The position numbers and the translations under genes are program-made. Of a DNA stretch of 64,000 nucleotides, positions 1 to 9,976 are shown in pieces. The notes under the pieces are model-generated. The model was not told where the DNA came from. It searched no databases and saw only the letters and a program-made list of their open reading frames with translations. Position 1 is the first letter of the stretch. Every line of letters begins with the position of its first letter. Source of the stretch: Bacilli bacterium (GTDB lineage: Bacteria; Bacillota_I; Bacilli_A; RF39; UBA660); assembly GCA_037071015.1 (NCBI GenBank), contig JBAMOY010000001.1:380041-444040 (forward strand). The letters run 5' to 3'.

Positions 1-2
1 AT

Positions 3-257
3 ATAATTAAAATTCAGAGGACAAACGGTAATATTGAAGATGCAGAAGTGTTGCTTTTTTTCAAGCTAGAAGAAGATGGACCTGAATATATCGTATATAC
101 ATTTAATGAACAAGAGGATGATCTTGTAACTGTGTATACTTCTAAGTTTATTAAAAATGAAGATAATATTGTTTTGGAAGAAGTTACTGATGAAACGGAA
201 TGGAATAGAATTAAAGATGTAATGCGTCGTGCCATTACAGAAAGTAAGGAGGATTAA
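3..257 (+). CDS. DUF1292-like small acidic protein, 5' end outside window
   Basis: The frame is open from the window edge to the stop at 255-257, and GTG at 48 is only the first in-window start. Small acidic sequence (EDGPEYIVYTF..DDLVTVY..EEVTDETEWNRI) resembles the DUF1292 family. Confidence 0.5.
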   Translation: MIKIQRTNGNIEDAEVLLFFKLEEDGPEYIVYTFNEQEDDLVTVYTSKFIKNEDNIVLEEVTDETEWNRIKDVMRRAITESKED

Positions 258-1813
258 TGATGCCTGAGAATTATGATGCAGATATAAATAAAGCTATAGA
301 AAATCTACGTAAAATGGGTATAGATCCTGTTGATTTAGGAATGAATCCTGATGATTTACTTAATGCTACGCCAACCCCAGTTGCTACAAGTTCTGATCCA
401 ATAATTTTAGGTTCGGATCAATATGAAGATATATCATCATATACTGATCCTACACAAGCAGCATCCGAAGGTTTTGATGATATTTCTTTATTACCAGAAA
501 ATGAAGAAAAAAGTCCTGAGCCAGTTCAAGGTGATGATGCTATTGATACTGGAAGTGCAGAAGTAGAAGAAGATTTAGATTTTGAAGATTTGAATTTGCT
601 AGATGAAGATAAAAGCAGTGAGATAAACTTTGACGAATCTATTAGTGTTGGCAATGTCGTAACGTTAAATCCGGAAATAGCAGATCTTTTAGATGATTAT
701 GATCCACAAGATATTTTCAAAATTGAAGCGATAGATGGTGCTGTTGCAACTTTATCGAAAAATGGAAAAGAAATATCTGAATTAGCAGCTATTCCTTTAA
801 ATCAATTAAATAAAGTTAATGAGTCTGATTATAGTGATCATCTTGGTATCGATTCAAACACGACTGAAAAACCAATAATTGAACATGGTTCAAAGCCTAT
901 TAGATGGTCACCACGCTTTATTGAAAGAATCAGAAAAAACACTTCGATAGCTGAAATAAGTAAAAAGCTTGAGGCTAGCCAAAAGAAGGACGCAGAGAAA
1001 AGTGATAGTAAGGATTTACCTAAAGGAAGCTTTGTATCATTTAAAACAAGTTTTTATAGTCATGGCTTAAGTTTGGCTAAGTCAGCTAGTAAACAATGGA
1101 ATAAAATAAAAAAGCGTCACGAGAGAAAACACAATGATAATAGTGAAACCGTAGATACAAAGAACAGTCCAATATCATCATCTGATAAAAGCGGTGTTAA
1201 TGAAGCTGTTGAATGGTTTATGAATCAATCAAAAGATGATCAAAAGAATTTTTTAACTGATTTAATCGAACAATTAAATGTTGCTAAAAAAGAATTAACT
1301 GAGGCAGCAGTTTCGCTATCTGCAGCTAACACCAAAATTGAAGAATTATCAACTATTACAACCAAGAGTAATCAACCAGATGATGAATTAATAACAAGAG
1401 TAACTTCTTTAGAAGAAGAAAATGCACGTTTACGTGATGAAGCTGCAAAAATTTCTGCTTCTAATAATAATGAGGATTTATTAGCTCGTATTGCAGAATT
1501 AGAAGCCGAAAACGCTCAAATGAAAATCGAAAATCAACAACTAGCAGCAAATAATAGGAAACATAATATGGATAACCATACTGCTGTTCAACTATTCCAT
1601 GGTGAAGATGAACCAGAATTATCACCACGTGCTCAAGCTTGGTTAGAACAAGCTGAAAAAGAAAAAGCAGAACAACGTAGGTTAGAACAAGAAGTACAAG
1701 AAAAATTAAAACAACTAAATGATGTTACAGCTAGACAAAGTGAACAATTTGGCTCTCCATACGTTCCATATACAGAGCAATCATTTGAAGAAAATAAACC
1801 AAGAACTAGATAA
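257..1813 (+). CDS. Hypothetical protein with an acidic N-terminal half and a heptad-rich, coiled-coil-like C-terminal half
   Basis: 518-aa ORF whose start overlaps the previous stop (TAATG). It has D/E-rich low-complexity stretches and a C-terminal E/A/L/Q/K repeat character (LEEENARLRDEAAK, IAELEAENAQMKIEN). No recognised catalytic motif. Confidence 0.6.
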   Translation: MMPENYDADINKAIENLRKMGIDPVDLGMNPDDLLNATPTPVATSSDPIILGSDQYEDISSYTDPTQAASEGFDDISLLPENEEKSPEPVQGDDAIDTGSAEVEEDLDFEDLNLLDEDKSSEINFDESISVGNVVTLNPEIADLLDDYDPQDIFKIEAIDGAVATLSKNGKEISELAAIPLNQLNKVNESDYSDHLGIDSNTTEKPIIEHGSKPIRWSPRFIERIRKNTSIAEISKKLEASQKKDAEKSDSKDLPKGSFVSFKTSFYSHGLSLAKSASKQWNKIKKRHERKHNDNSETVDTKNSPISSSDKSGVNEAVEWFMNQSKDDQKNFLTDLIEQLNVAKKELTEAAVSLSAANTKIEELSTITTKSNQPDDELITRVTSLEEENARLRDEAAKISASNNNEDLLARIAELEAENAQMKIENQQLAANNRKHNMDNHTAVQLFHGEDEPELSPRAQAWLEQAEKEKAEQRRLEQEVQEKLKQLNDVTARQSEQFGSPYVPYTEQSFEENKPRTR

Positions 1814-1864
1814 AATGTTTAATTTTGTCAAATAAGCTCAAACTAAAAATAATGAGGTGATTTT

Positions 1865-2323
1865 ATGAAAAAAATTACGGCATTATTTTTTTTATTATTC
1901 TTTGCAATGTTCATTTTTTATCAAAATGATAATAGAGATACTAAGACTGTAGCTGCTGATATAGAAAATTATAATGTTTATCAAAAACTATATTTAAAAT
2001 TTGAAGACGATATCTTAAACACTAAAAACTTTAAAATATACTTTAATAGTGACATGAATCTGATATCTTTATTTACTAAGTTTGAACAATGTCGGTTAGA
2101 TAATAATCGGTACCTGTTAAAATATAATAGTATAGATGATAATTTAAAAGGTTATTATGATTATTATATTAGTAAGTTTAACGAAACTACAAAAGACTAT
2201 TTTCAAGGAGTACCCATATATATTGTTGAAATCGATTTAAGCAGAACACAGCTTAATAAAATTATGTCTAAAAATCAAAATATAATATATAGTAATGAAC
2301 TTTGTGGAAACTATCATCGATGA
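1865..2323 (+). CDS. Hypothetical membrane-anchored or secreted protein
   Basis: 152-aa ORF with a GAGGTG RBS upstream, an N-terminal hydrophobic segment (ITALFFLLFFAMFIF) and a strong terminator overlapping the stop. Confidence 0.6.
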   Translation: MKKITALFFLLFFAMFIFYQNDNRDTKTVAADIENYNVYQKLYLKFEDDILNTKNFKIYFNSDMNLISLFTKFEQCRLDNNRYLLKYNSIDDNLKGYYDYYISKFNETTKDYFQGVPIYIVEIDLSRTQLNKIMSKNQNIIYSNELCGNYHR

Positions 2324-2332
2324 TAGTTTTTT
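2309..2332 (+). terminator. Rho-independent terminator
   Basis: Palindrome AACTATCATC/GATGATAGTT followed by TTTT. Confidence 0.65.
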
Positions 2333-2380
2333 ATTGTATTTTTTATATGAAAATAGTATAATTATATTAGGTGATGATTT

Positions 2381-2800
2381 ATGTTTTATATTTGGCTAGC
2401 CGTTGTAATTTTATTAGCTATTGTTGAAATTATATCTATTAATTTAACAACAATCTGGTTTGTTATTAGCGGAGTTTTAGCTTTGTTTTTATCTTTTATT
2501 GTTGATAATTTTTTGATTCAATTTGCAGTTTTTGTTATTATTGGTATTGTTTTACTAATTACAACTAAACCATATTTAGAGCGAATATTGAAATCGCGAA
2601 ATATTAAAACTAACTTAGACCGTGTTGAAGGTATGACTGGCGTTGTTACAGAGGAAATTACTAAAAAAAGTTTTGGTGAAGTCAAAGTAGATGGAAAGTT
2701 ATGGACAGCATATGCTGATAAGAAAATAAAAGTTAACGCTATGGTCAAAATTTTGAAGATAGACGGCGTTAAATTAAAAGTAGAGGAAGTAGGAGAATAG
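2381..2800 (+). CDS. NfeD-family membrane protein
   Basis: Two or three N-terminal TM helices plus a C-terminal OB-like tail (GEVKVDGKLWTAYADKKIKVNAMVKILKIDGVKLKV). It lies immediately upstream of an SPFH gene, the classic NfeD-stomatin pairing. Confidence 0.75.
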   Translation: MFYIWLAVVILLAIVEIISINLTTIWFVISGVLALFLSFIVDNFLIQFAVFVIIGIVLLITTKPYLERILKSRNIKTNLDRVEGMTGVVTEEITKKSFGEVKVDGKLWTAYADKKIKVNAMVKILKIDGVKLKVEEVGE

Positions 2801-2802
2801 TT

Positions 2803-3693
2803 ATGAATGTTTTAATTGTTTTATTGATATTAGTTGTTGTTTTAGTTATACCTAACGTTAAGGTGGTACCTCAAGCTAAGAATTATGTTATTGAACGTCT
2901 TGGCTCATACTATGATACTTGGAAAAATGGCTTGCATTTTAAAATTCCTTTTGTAGATCGAGTAGCGAACATTGTCAGTATGAAGGAAATTGTTAAAGAT
3001 TTTGCACCACAACCAGTTATTACAAAAGACAATGTTACAATGCAAATAGATACGGTGGTTTATTTTCAAATAACCGATCCTAAACTTTATACATACGGAG
3101 TGGAAAATCCTATTAGTGCGATTGAAAATTTAACTGCCACAACCTTACGTAATATTATTGGGGAATTAGAGTTAGACCAAACCTTGACATCACGTGATAT
3201 TATTAATTCTAAAATGCGTTCTATTTTGGATGAAGCTACTGATCCCTGGGGGATTAAAGTTAACCGTGTGGAAGTTAAAAATATATTACCGCCAAGAGAC
3301 ATTCAAGAAGCGATGGAAAAACAAATGCGTGCTGAACGTGAGCGCCGTGAGTCTATTTTAAAAGCTGAAGGAGAAAAGAAATCAAGTATTTTAATTGCCG
3401 AGGGAGAAAAAGAGAGTGCCATTTTACGAGCTGAAGCCGAAAAAGAATCTAAAATTAAAGCAGCTGAAGGTGAAGCCGAAGCTATTATCAAATTGAAACA
3501 AGCTGAAGCTGATGGTATAAAATTAATAAAAGAGGCTAAGGCTGATCAAAATGTTATTGCTTTAAAAAGTTTAGATGCTTTAAAGGATGTTGCTAATGGT
3601 CAGGCTACTAAAATTATAGTTCCTTCAGAACTACAGAATCTTGCTGCTATTGGTGCAAGTTTAAGTGAGTTTATAAAAAAAGATGAAAAATAA
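2803..3693 (+). CDS. SPFH/band-7 (stomatin/prohibitin-like) membrane protein
   Basis: N-terminal TM, an SPFH core (YVIERLG..., DNVTMQIDTVVYFQITDP, LRNIIGELELDQTLTSRD) and a C-terminal Ala/Glu-rich coiled coil. Confidence 0.85.
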   Translation: MNVLIVLLILVVVLVIPNVKVVPQAKNYVIERLGSYYDTWKNGLHFKIPFVDRVANIVSMKEIVKDFAPQPVITKDNVTMQIDTVVYFQITDPKLYTYGVENPISAIENLTATTLRNIIGELELDQTLTSRDIINSKMRSILDEATDPWGIKVNRVEVKNILPPRDIQEAMEKQMRAERERRESILKAEGEKKSSILIAEGEKESAILRAEAEKESKIKAAEGEAEAIIKLKQAEADGIKLIKEAKADQNVIALKSLDALKDVANGQATKIIVPSELQNLAAIGASLSEFIKKDEK

Positions 3694-4462
3694 TTTTTTT
3701 CAATATTGCATTAAAGTACTTAAGGTTTTAATTTGGCCAATCATATTTTTGATTGGTCAATTTATTATTAATTATCTTTTTGCTTCGGTTTATAGTTTAT
3801 TTCACCCCGATTTATCATTAGTAGAGCTAACCAATAACACCATCAGTTTTATGAATAGTCATCAAATAATCATTACTTTAGCTAATTTTATTATTCTCAT
3901 GACCATCTTTTTAACTGTATATAAAAGGTTACAGAATGATAATTATAAAATATATAAAGATTATATTTATTTATTTTTATTTGGTATAGGATATTCGATA
4001 GTAATTAATATTCTGTTTTTGAATATTAGTAATACCTTTAACATTAGTATCGATCAATTTAGCGGTTTAGATGCGACTAAATTTGTATCTACCATTATAT
4101 GTAGTGGTTTGCTAGGCCCAATAATGGAGGAATATTTATTTCGTGGTATTATTTATAACAAATTGAAAGCTTTTAACAGTGAAAAGATTAGTATGTTTTT
4201 AACTGCGTTAATTTTCTCTTTGCTGCACGGAAATATATTCAATATTATAAATGCTTTTTTGTTAAACTATATATTAATATTTGTTTATCGTAAATACCAT
4301 ACGTTACTTGCTCCTATTATTTTACATATCACTGTTAATACAACGGTAGTATTTATAATTAATATTATTATAACGCAAGCTATTTATCTAAATTATTTTC
4401 TTTTTATCATTAGTTTTATAATAATAATGATATCGAGTGTAAAAGTGTTTAGCAAAGAATAA
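3683..4462 (+). CDS. CPBP-family (CAAX/Abi-type) intramembrane glutamic protease
   Basis: Polytopic membrane protein with the EEYLFRG motif and the FSLLHG motif. It overlaps the SPFH gene by 11 nt. Confidence 0.8.
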   Translation: MKNNFFQYCIKVLKVLIWPIIFLIGQFIINYLFASVYSLFHPDLSLVELTNNTISFMNSHQIIITLANFIILMTIFLTVYKRLQNDNYKIYKDYIYLFLFGIGYSIVINILFLNISNTFNISIDQFSGLDATKFVSTIICSGLLGPIMEEYLFRGIIYNKLKAFNSEKISMFLTALIFSLLHGNIFNIINAFLLNYILIFVYRKYHTLLAPIILHITVNTTVVFIINIIITQAIYLNYFLFIISFIIIMISSVKVFSKE

Positions 4463-4522
4463 ATATTTTGCTATTTTCTTTGTAAATAATAATAAATTTG
4501 GTATAATAATTATGGTGGTAAA

Positions 4523-5266
4523 ATGACAGAAATAATAAATGAAGTGAAAATAAATTATATAGATTATGGTAATGATTCAGGCATACCACTAGTTTTATTA
4601 CATGGTTGGGGTCAAAATATTGAAATGATGCGTCCAATTGGCGATAAGTTTCAAAAAGAATATCGCATTGTTATCATAGATTTACCAGGTTATGGAAATA
4701 GTACTGAACCAACCTATAGTTGGAGTGTTGCCGATTATTGTGAAGCGGTGCATGACTTACTAAAAATTTTGAAAGTGGAAAATCCTATTTTAATAGGTCA
4801 TTCATTTGGTGGGAAAATCAGTTTATTATATGCTAGTAAATATGCTGTTCGCCAGTTAGTATTATTTGGTAGTCCTTATAAACCAGAAATCACAAAGTTA
4901 TCATTTAAAACAAAGATGTTAAAAAAATTAAAAAAAGTACCTATATTAAATAATTTAGAAGCTTGGGCAAAACGTCATATTGGTTCTACAGATTATAAAA
5001 ATGCTAGTCCTAGAATGCGTGAAATATTGGTTAAAACGGTTAATTTGGATATATCTGAAGACGTCAAAAGAATATCTTGTCCTACCTTAATTATTTGGGG
5101 TAGTTTAGATGAGGCGGTACCTTTGGATAGAGCTTATGAATTGGAGAAACTAATTTCTAATGCAGGTGTAGTTGTATATGAAGGATGTACTCATTATGCT
5201 TATCTGGAAAGATTGGGACAAACTATTAGTGTTTTACGTAGTTTTTTTATAAGTGAGGGATTATAA
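4523..5266 (+). CDS. Alpha/beta-fold hydrolase
   Basis: HGWG oxyanion region, GHSFGG nucleophile elbow, and C-terminal D and H candidates. The stop overlaps the murF start (TAATG). Confidence 0.8.
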   Translation: MTEIINEVKINYIDYGNDSGIPLVLLHGWGQNIEMMRPIGDKFQKEYRIVIIDLPGYGNSTEPTYSWSVADYCEAVHDLLKILKVENPILIGHSFGGKISLLYASKYAVRQLVLFGSPYKPEITKLSFKTKMLKKLKKVPILNNLEAWAKRHIGSTDYKNASPRMREILVKTVNLDISEDVKRISCPTLIIWGSLDEAVPLDRAYELEKLISNAGVVVYEGCTHYAYLERLGQTISVLRSFFISEGL

Positions 5267-6855
5267 TGGAAAAAATATTTATTTTATCTTTAATTAATGT
5301 AGTCATCTATTTATGTATTAAAACAAAGAAATCTTTACAGATGCTACAACAAAATTGGTATAATTTAGATCAGCGATATTTAAAGTGGATTTTAAAAAAT
5401 CCTAATAAAGTATTTATCAACCCGGATATGTTATTTATTTTGTTTATTGCAGGTTTATTTATAAACGCAGAAATTACAATGATTTTCTTTGCTGTTTTTT
5501 ATCTTTTGTTAGCTTACTATACTTATCGTCAGGAAGAGAAAATTAAAGCAAAATTACCACTTAAAATAACTTCTCGTGTTAGACGTTTAGCCGTTACTAC
5601 TTTGATTTTATATTTGATTCCTATTTTAACTATGGCCCTAACATTTGATGTATATAATTTAACTTATTATTATGTGGTAATAGGGTTGTTAACCTATTTA
5701 AATTGCTTTGTTGTTATGGTAGCTAACTTTATCAATATTCCCGTTGAAGCCGCTGTTATGAAGCATTATAAAAATATGGCTATAAATAAATTACGAAATA
5801 TGACTAACTTAAAAGTAATTGGTATTACTGGAAGTTATGGTAAAACTAGTAGTAAAAATATTTTGAATGACGTACTTAATGTTAAGTATAATGCATTAGC
5901 AACGCCTAAAAATTTTAATACACCATCAGGATTAATGATTACTATTAACAACTATCTAGATAAATTTAATGACTTATTCATCGCTGAGATGGGAGCATTT
6001 AAAAAAGGAGAGATTAAGGAGCTTTGTGATTTTGTCAGACCGACATATGGTATTTTAACTAAGGTAGGGGAAGCTCATTTAGAGAGTTTTGGCAGTCGCG
6101 AAAATATTCAAAGTGGTAAATTCGAACTAATTGAATCACTACCAACTGATGGAATTGCTGTTTTAAATAAGGATGATGAATGGCAAGTATCATACAAATT
6201 GAAAAATAAATGTCAAGTTATTTGGATTGGTATTGATAATAAGGCAGCCGATGTTAGAGCAACTAATATTAAATTAAGCCCGTCCGGAACTACTTTTGAT
6301 TGTATGTTTAAAAATGATAATAATAAATATTCTTTTGAAACCAAATTGTTAGGCAAAGCTAATATTTATAATATTTTGGCTAGTATTGCTTTAGGACATG
6401 CTTTAGGTATTTCTATTGAACAATTACAGTTAGGTGTTAAAAAAGTAAGGCCAGTAGAACACCGTTTAGAGTTACGCCAATATTATGATATAAACTTAAT
6501 CGATGATTCTTATAATTCTAATCCAACAGGCGCTAAAATGGCCTTAGATGTTCTTAATTTAATGCCAGGTAAAAAAATGGTTATAACTCCTGGTATGATT
6601 GAGTTGGGTAGTCAACAATATGAAGCCAACTTAGAACTTGGCAAACAAATAGCTGATGTTTGCGATGAAGTTATTTTAGTTGGTAAGGATCAGACGAAAC
6701 CAATTTATGAAGGATTGATGGTTAAAAAATTTGCAGAGGATAAAATTCATATCTTAAATGATGTTATGCAAGGGTTCCCATTAATTAGAAAACTTAAAGA
6801 GGGAGATACTTATGTTTTATTAGAAAATGATCTTCCTGATTTGTTTAATGAATAA
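5266..6855 (+). CDS. murF: UDP-MurNAc-tripeptide--D-Ala-D-Ala ligase (MurF) with an N-terminal polytopic membrane extension
   Basis: Mur ligase P-loop GITGSYGKTSSKN, then ATPKNFNTPSGL, EMGAFKKGEI, VGEAHLESFGS, EHRLE and DDSYNSNP. It lies upstream of ddl. The first ~170 aa are hydrophobic helices instead of the usual MurF domain 1. Confidence 0.75.
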   Translation: MEKIFILSLINVVIYLCIKTKKSLQMLQQNWYNLDQRYLKWILKNPNKVFINPDMLFILFIAGLFINAEITMIFFAVFYLLLAYYTYRQEEKIKAKLPLKITSRVRRLAVTTLILYLIPILTMALTFDVYNLTYYYVVIGLLTYLNCFVVMVANFINIPVEAAVMKHYKNMAINKLRNMTNLKVIGITGSYGKTSSKNILNDVLNVKYNALATPKNFNTPSGLMITINNYLDKFNDLFIAEMGAFKKGEIKELCDFVRPTYGILTKVGEAHLESFGSRENIQSGKFELIESLPTDGIAVLNKDDEWQVSYKLKNKCQVIWIGIDNKAADVRATNIKLSPSGTTFDCMFKNDNNKYSFETKLLGKANIYNILASIALGHALGISIEQLQLGVKKVRPVEHRLELRQYYDINLIDDSYNSNPTGAKMALDVLNLMPGKKMVITPGMIELGSQQYEANLELGKQIADVCDEVILVGKDQTKPIYEGLMVKKFAEDKIHILNDVMQGFPLIRKLKEGDTYVLLENDLPDLFNE

Positions 6856-6916
6856 TTGTATTTTATAATTGATAATTTGATTTTGGGTAAAATAAATATA
6901 AGATAGGAGTGAATTT

Positions 6917-8128
6917 ATGAAAATAAGAGTTGGAGTAATATTTGGGGGCGAAAGTGTCGAACATGAGGTTAGTATAATAACGGCTGTTCAAGCAATGGAA
7001 TATATTGATCAAGATAAATATGAAATTGTCCCTATTTATATTTCCAAAGATCGTACTTGGTATACAGGTAAAATGTTAATGGATATCGGAATTTATAGTG
7101 ATTTTGATAATTTAAAGAGATATGCTAAAAAGGTTACACTTTGTCGTAAAAATGGTTCTTTCTATTTACAGACAATTACAGGTGTTTTTAAGAAGAATAT
7201 AGCTGAAATTGACATTGCTTTTCCAATTGTTCATGGAAATAATGTTGAGGATGGAACCTTAGCCGGATATTTAGATACATTGGGTATTCCTTATGTTGGT
7301 AGTAGAGTGTTAGGATCATCATTAGGACAAGATAAAGTTGTTCAAAAACAAGTTCTAGCATCAGAAAATTTACCAATCGTTGATTATGTATGGTTTTATG
7401 ATACAGAATATTATACTAGTACTGAAATGATAAATGAAAATATAAATAAGTTAGGATATCCAGTTATTGTTAAACCAGCTTCTTTAGGAAGTAGTGTTGG
7501 TATTAGTGTTGTGAAAAAAGCTAGTGATTTAGATAAAGCTATAACAGAAGCTATAAAATATGACACTAAAATTTTAGTAGAAAAAATGGTTAGTAATTTG
7601 ATTGAGGTTAACTGTGCTGTTTTAGGTAATTATGCTTTTCAAGAGACTAGTTTGATTGCTGAAATGTTAACTGACAATGATTTCCTAACGTATCAAGATA
7701 AGTATGTAGGTAATGGTAAAGGTGCCAAAAAAGGCGGAAGCAAAGAAGGAATGGCTTCTAGTGACTTTATTATTCCAGCACGTTTAGACGATAAAATAAC
7801 AAATGAGATTTATGATTTATCTAAAAAAGCTTTTCGTGCGCTTAATCTTTCTGGGGTAGCACGTATTGACTTTTTAATTGATAAAAAGAGTAAAAAGGTT
7901 TATATTAATGAGCCTAATACTATTCCCGGTTGTTTGTCATTCTATATGTTTAATCCAACTGGTAAAAATTATACTAAACTTTTAGATGAAATGATAACGA
8001 TCGCCATTAAAGATTATAAAAGTAGATGCAAAAAAACTTATTCGTTTGATTCTAACATTTTGAGTAATTATAATGGATTAAAAGGTGGTAAAGGCCTTAA
8101 AGGAATGAAAAATAAATTAAATATGTAG
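6917..8128 (+). CDS. ddl: D-alanine--D-alanine ligase
   Basis: IRVGVIFGGESVEHEVS N-terminus, ATP-grasp core (GYPVIVKPASLGSSVGISVV) and EPNTIPG motif. It has a Lys/Gly-rich insert and tail. Confidence 0.9.
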   Translation: MKIRVGVIFGGESVEHEVSIITAVQAMEYIDQDKYEIVPIYISKDRTWYTGKMLMDIGIYSDFDNLKRYAKKVTLCRKNGSFYLQTITGVFKKNIAEIDIAFPIVHGNNVEDGTLAGYLDTLGIPYVGSRVLGSSLGQDKVVQKQVLASENLPIVDYVWFYDTEYYTSTEMINENINKLGYPVIVKPASLGSSVGISVVKKASDLDKAITEAIKYDTKILVEKMVSNLIEVNCAVLGNYAFQETSLIAEMLTDNDFLTYQDKYVGNGKGAKKGGSKEGMASSDFIIPARLDDKITNEIYDLSKKAFRALNLSGVARIDFLIDKKSKKVYINEPNTIPGCLSFYMFNPTGKNYTKLLDEMITIAIKDYKSRCKKTYSFDSNILSNYNGLKGGKGLKGMKNKLNM

Positions 8129-8130
8129 AA

Positions 8131-8160
8131 AAAGATAATGTCTATTAAGACATTATCTTT
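8131..8160. terminator. Bidirectional terminator between convergent ddl and the FAD/Rieske gene
   Basis: 12-bp stem AAAGATAATGTC/GACATTATCTTT with loop TATTAA, with A/T runs on both sides. Confidence 0.7.
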
Positions 8161-9638
8161 TATTTGACATCAAAAACACTTGGACCTTCAAGAAGCTTTC
8201 CATCAATATCAAATCGTGATCCGTGACAAGGACAATCCCAAGTTATATCTTTATTGTTAAAAATTAATTTACATTTCATATGAGGACATAAATTGCGTAT
8301 TTTATGTTCGACACCTTTATCATCAATATATATACCATATTCCTTGCCATCGATATTTTTAAAATAGACATTATGATAAAAGGATTTATCTTTATTAATA
8401 TAACTTTTTAGATAAGCGCTAATATTTTGATAAGCATCGATAGGGAAACTAGTAATTTTACCAATATTAATTTTTCGCATTGGTGAAAATAATTCTTCAT
8501 AGTCATCTGTTTTATTTTGCACTAAATTACTTAAAATTTTCCCGGCGATAACACCATTAGTCATTCCCCACTTATTAAAACCAGTTGCAATAAATAGATT
8601 AGGATGATTTTTGTTAATCTGACCAATTAAAGGCAGATAATCACTGGTCATAACATCGTTAGCTTCCCATTGATAATCAACTTGTAAATTAAAATTATTT
8701 TGTAGGTCATTTTTAATTTTAGTTAGTGTTTCTTTATAATTAAAATTTTTATTTAACTTATGGGAATAACCACCAAAAATTAAATAATTTTCTTTATCCT
8801 CGTGATCACGCATTGTGATGTTGGGATTCTCTTCCATAAGCGCATTAAAATTTAATTTGTTGTTATTTTTAGAGGCGGTTAAATAGGTTTTTTCCATATG
8901 TGTTTTTAAGGGAATCAATCCAGGAATTACAAAGAAAGGGTAGTGTGTAGTAACAATCACTTTTCTAGCTTTTATAATTTGTTTATCAGTTTTAATTAGG
9001 TAATAACTGTCTTTTTTAGTTAAAGAAGTAGCTTTGGTGTGTTCAAATATTTTAATGTTATTTTGTAGACAAATCCTAGCTAAAGCCTTAATATATTTAA
9101 CGGGATGAAAAATAGCGTTGTTTTCGATTTTTATGCCATACACACAAGGATACTTATCATTTAAATTATTAACAACTTGATATGATATATTTGCTTTGTC
9201 AAAAAATAATCGTTCCTTTTCAAAAGTTTTAATTTTATTTTTATCGTTGGTAAATGTTATCGAAGAGGATATTTCAAAATCGCAATCGATTTGATATTTT
9301 TCAATATTATTTTTAACTATTTTAATAGCTTCTTGTTGTGATTTAAGATAGTTTACGGCTTTCTCAAAACCGTGAACCATTTCTAATTTATGATAACTAA
9401 CTCCTTGAAGAAAAGTTAGTTTACCAGTCGTATTAGCACTTATCCCCATTCCAATTTCATCTTTATCAATAACGATTATTTTTTGCTTTGTATTTTTTAA
9501 ATTAAAAGCTGTACTAATACCAGCTATCCCACCACCAATGATTAAAATATCACAATCAATCGATTTATCTAATTTAGGTAAATTCAATTTTTGAATTCCT
9601 TTTTTCCAGATAGAGTAGTTTATCATAGTAATCACCAT
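8160..9638 (-). CDS. FAD-dependent oxidoreductase fused to a C-terminal Rieske [2Fe-2S] domain (YhfW-like)
   Basis: N-terminal Rossmann motif DILIIGGGIAGIS and a C-terminal Rieske signature CPHMKC...CPCHGSRF. Confidence 0.8.
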   Translation of the reverse strand: MVITMINYSIWKKGIQKLNLPKLDKSIDCDILIIGGGIAGISTAFNLKNTKQKIIVIDKDEIGMGISANTTGKLTFLQGVSYHKLEMVHGFEKAVNYLKSQQEAIKIVKNNIEKYQIDCDFEISSSITFTNDKNKIKTFEKERLFFDKANISYQVVNNLNDKYPCVYGIKIENNAIFHPVKYIKALARICLQNNIKIFEHTKATSLTKKDSYYLIKTDKQIIKARKVIVTTHYPFFVIPGLIPLKTHMEKTYLTASKNNNKLNFNALMEENPNITMRDHEDKENYLIFGGYSHKLNKNFNYKETLTKIKNDLQNNFNLQVDYQWEANDVMTSDYLPLIGQINKNHPNLFIATGFNKWGMTNGVIAGKILSNLVQNKTDDYEELFSPMRKINIGKITSFPIDAYQNISAYLKSYINKDKSFYHNVYFKNIDGKEYGIYIDDKGVEHKIRNLCPHMKCKLIFNNKDITWDCPCHGSRFDIDGKLLEGPSVFDVK

Positions 9639-9976
9639 TATTATAATGATAAATAATAATATTTTTTAATCAATAAGAAAGTAAAAAGATTGATTTTTTT
9701 AATAAGAATATGGTATATTTTTAGTGCTTATTCAGGAGGGTTTTATGAATATAAGAGTAGAATATGATTTAGAGGCTCAGGTAGAGGCTTTTGCTGATAT
9801 AAGAAATTTAGATGGTATTTAAGGGAAATTATAGATAAAAAGTTCTATAACTTTTAATCTGACTATATTTAGTTTAAGGATACTTTATGTAAAACAAAAT
9901 AAAAAACAGTTTTTATTAATTAAAACTATTTATTTTTTATAAAAAGTGTGTTATACTCAATAAGTAATTAATTTAT

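Noticed and set aside
9745-9822. 25-codon ORF (MNIRVEYDLEAQVEAFADIRNLDGI) with a strong AGGAGGG RBS upstream of the tRNA cluster
   Set aside because: It is too short, with no recognisable motif and no clear terminator. It could be a gene remnant or a leader peptide, but I cannot support either.
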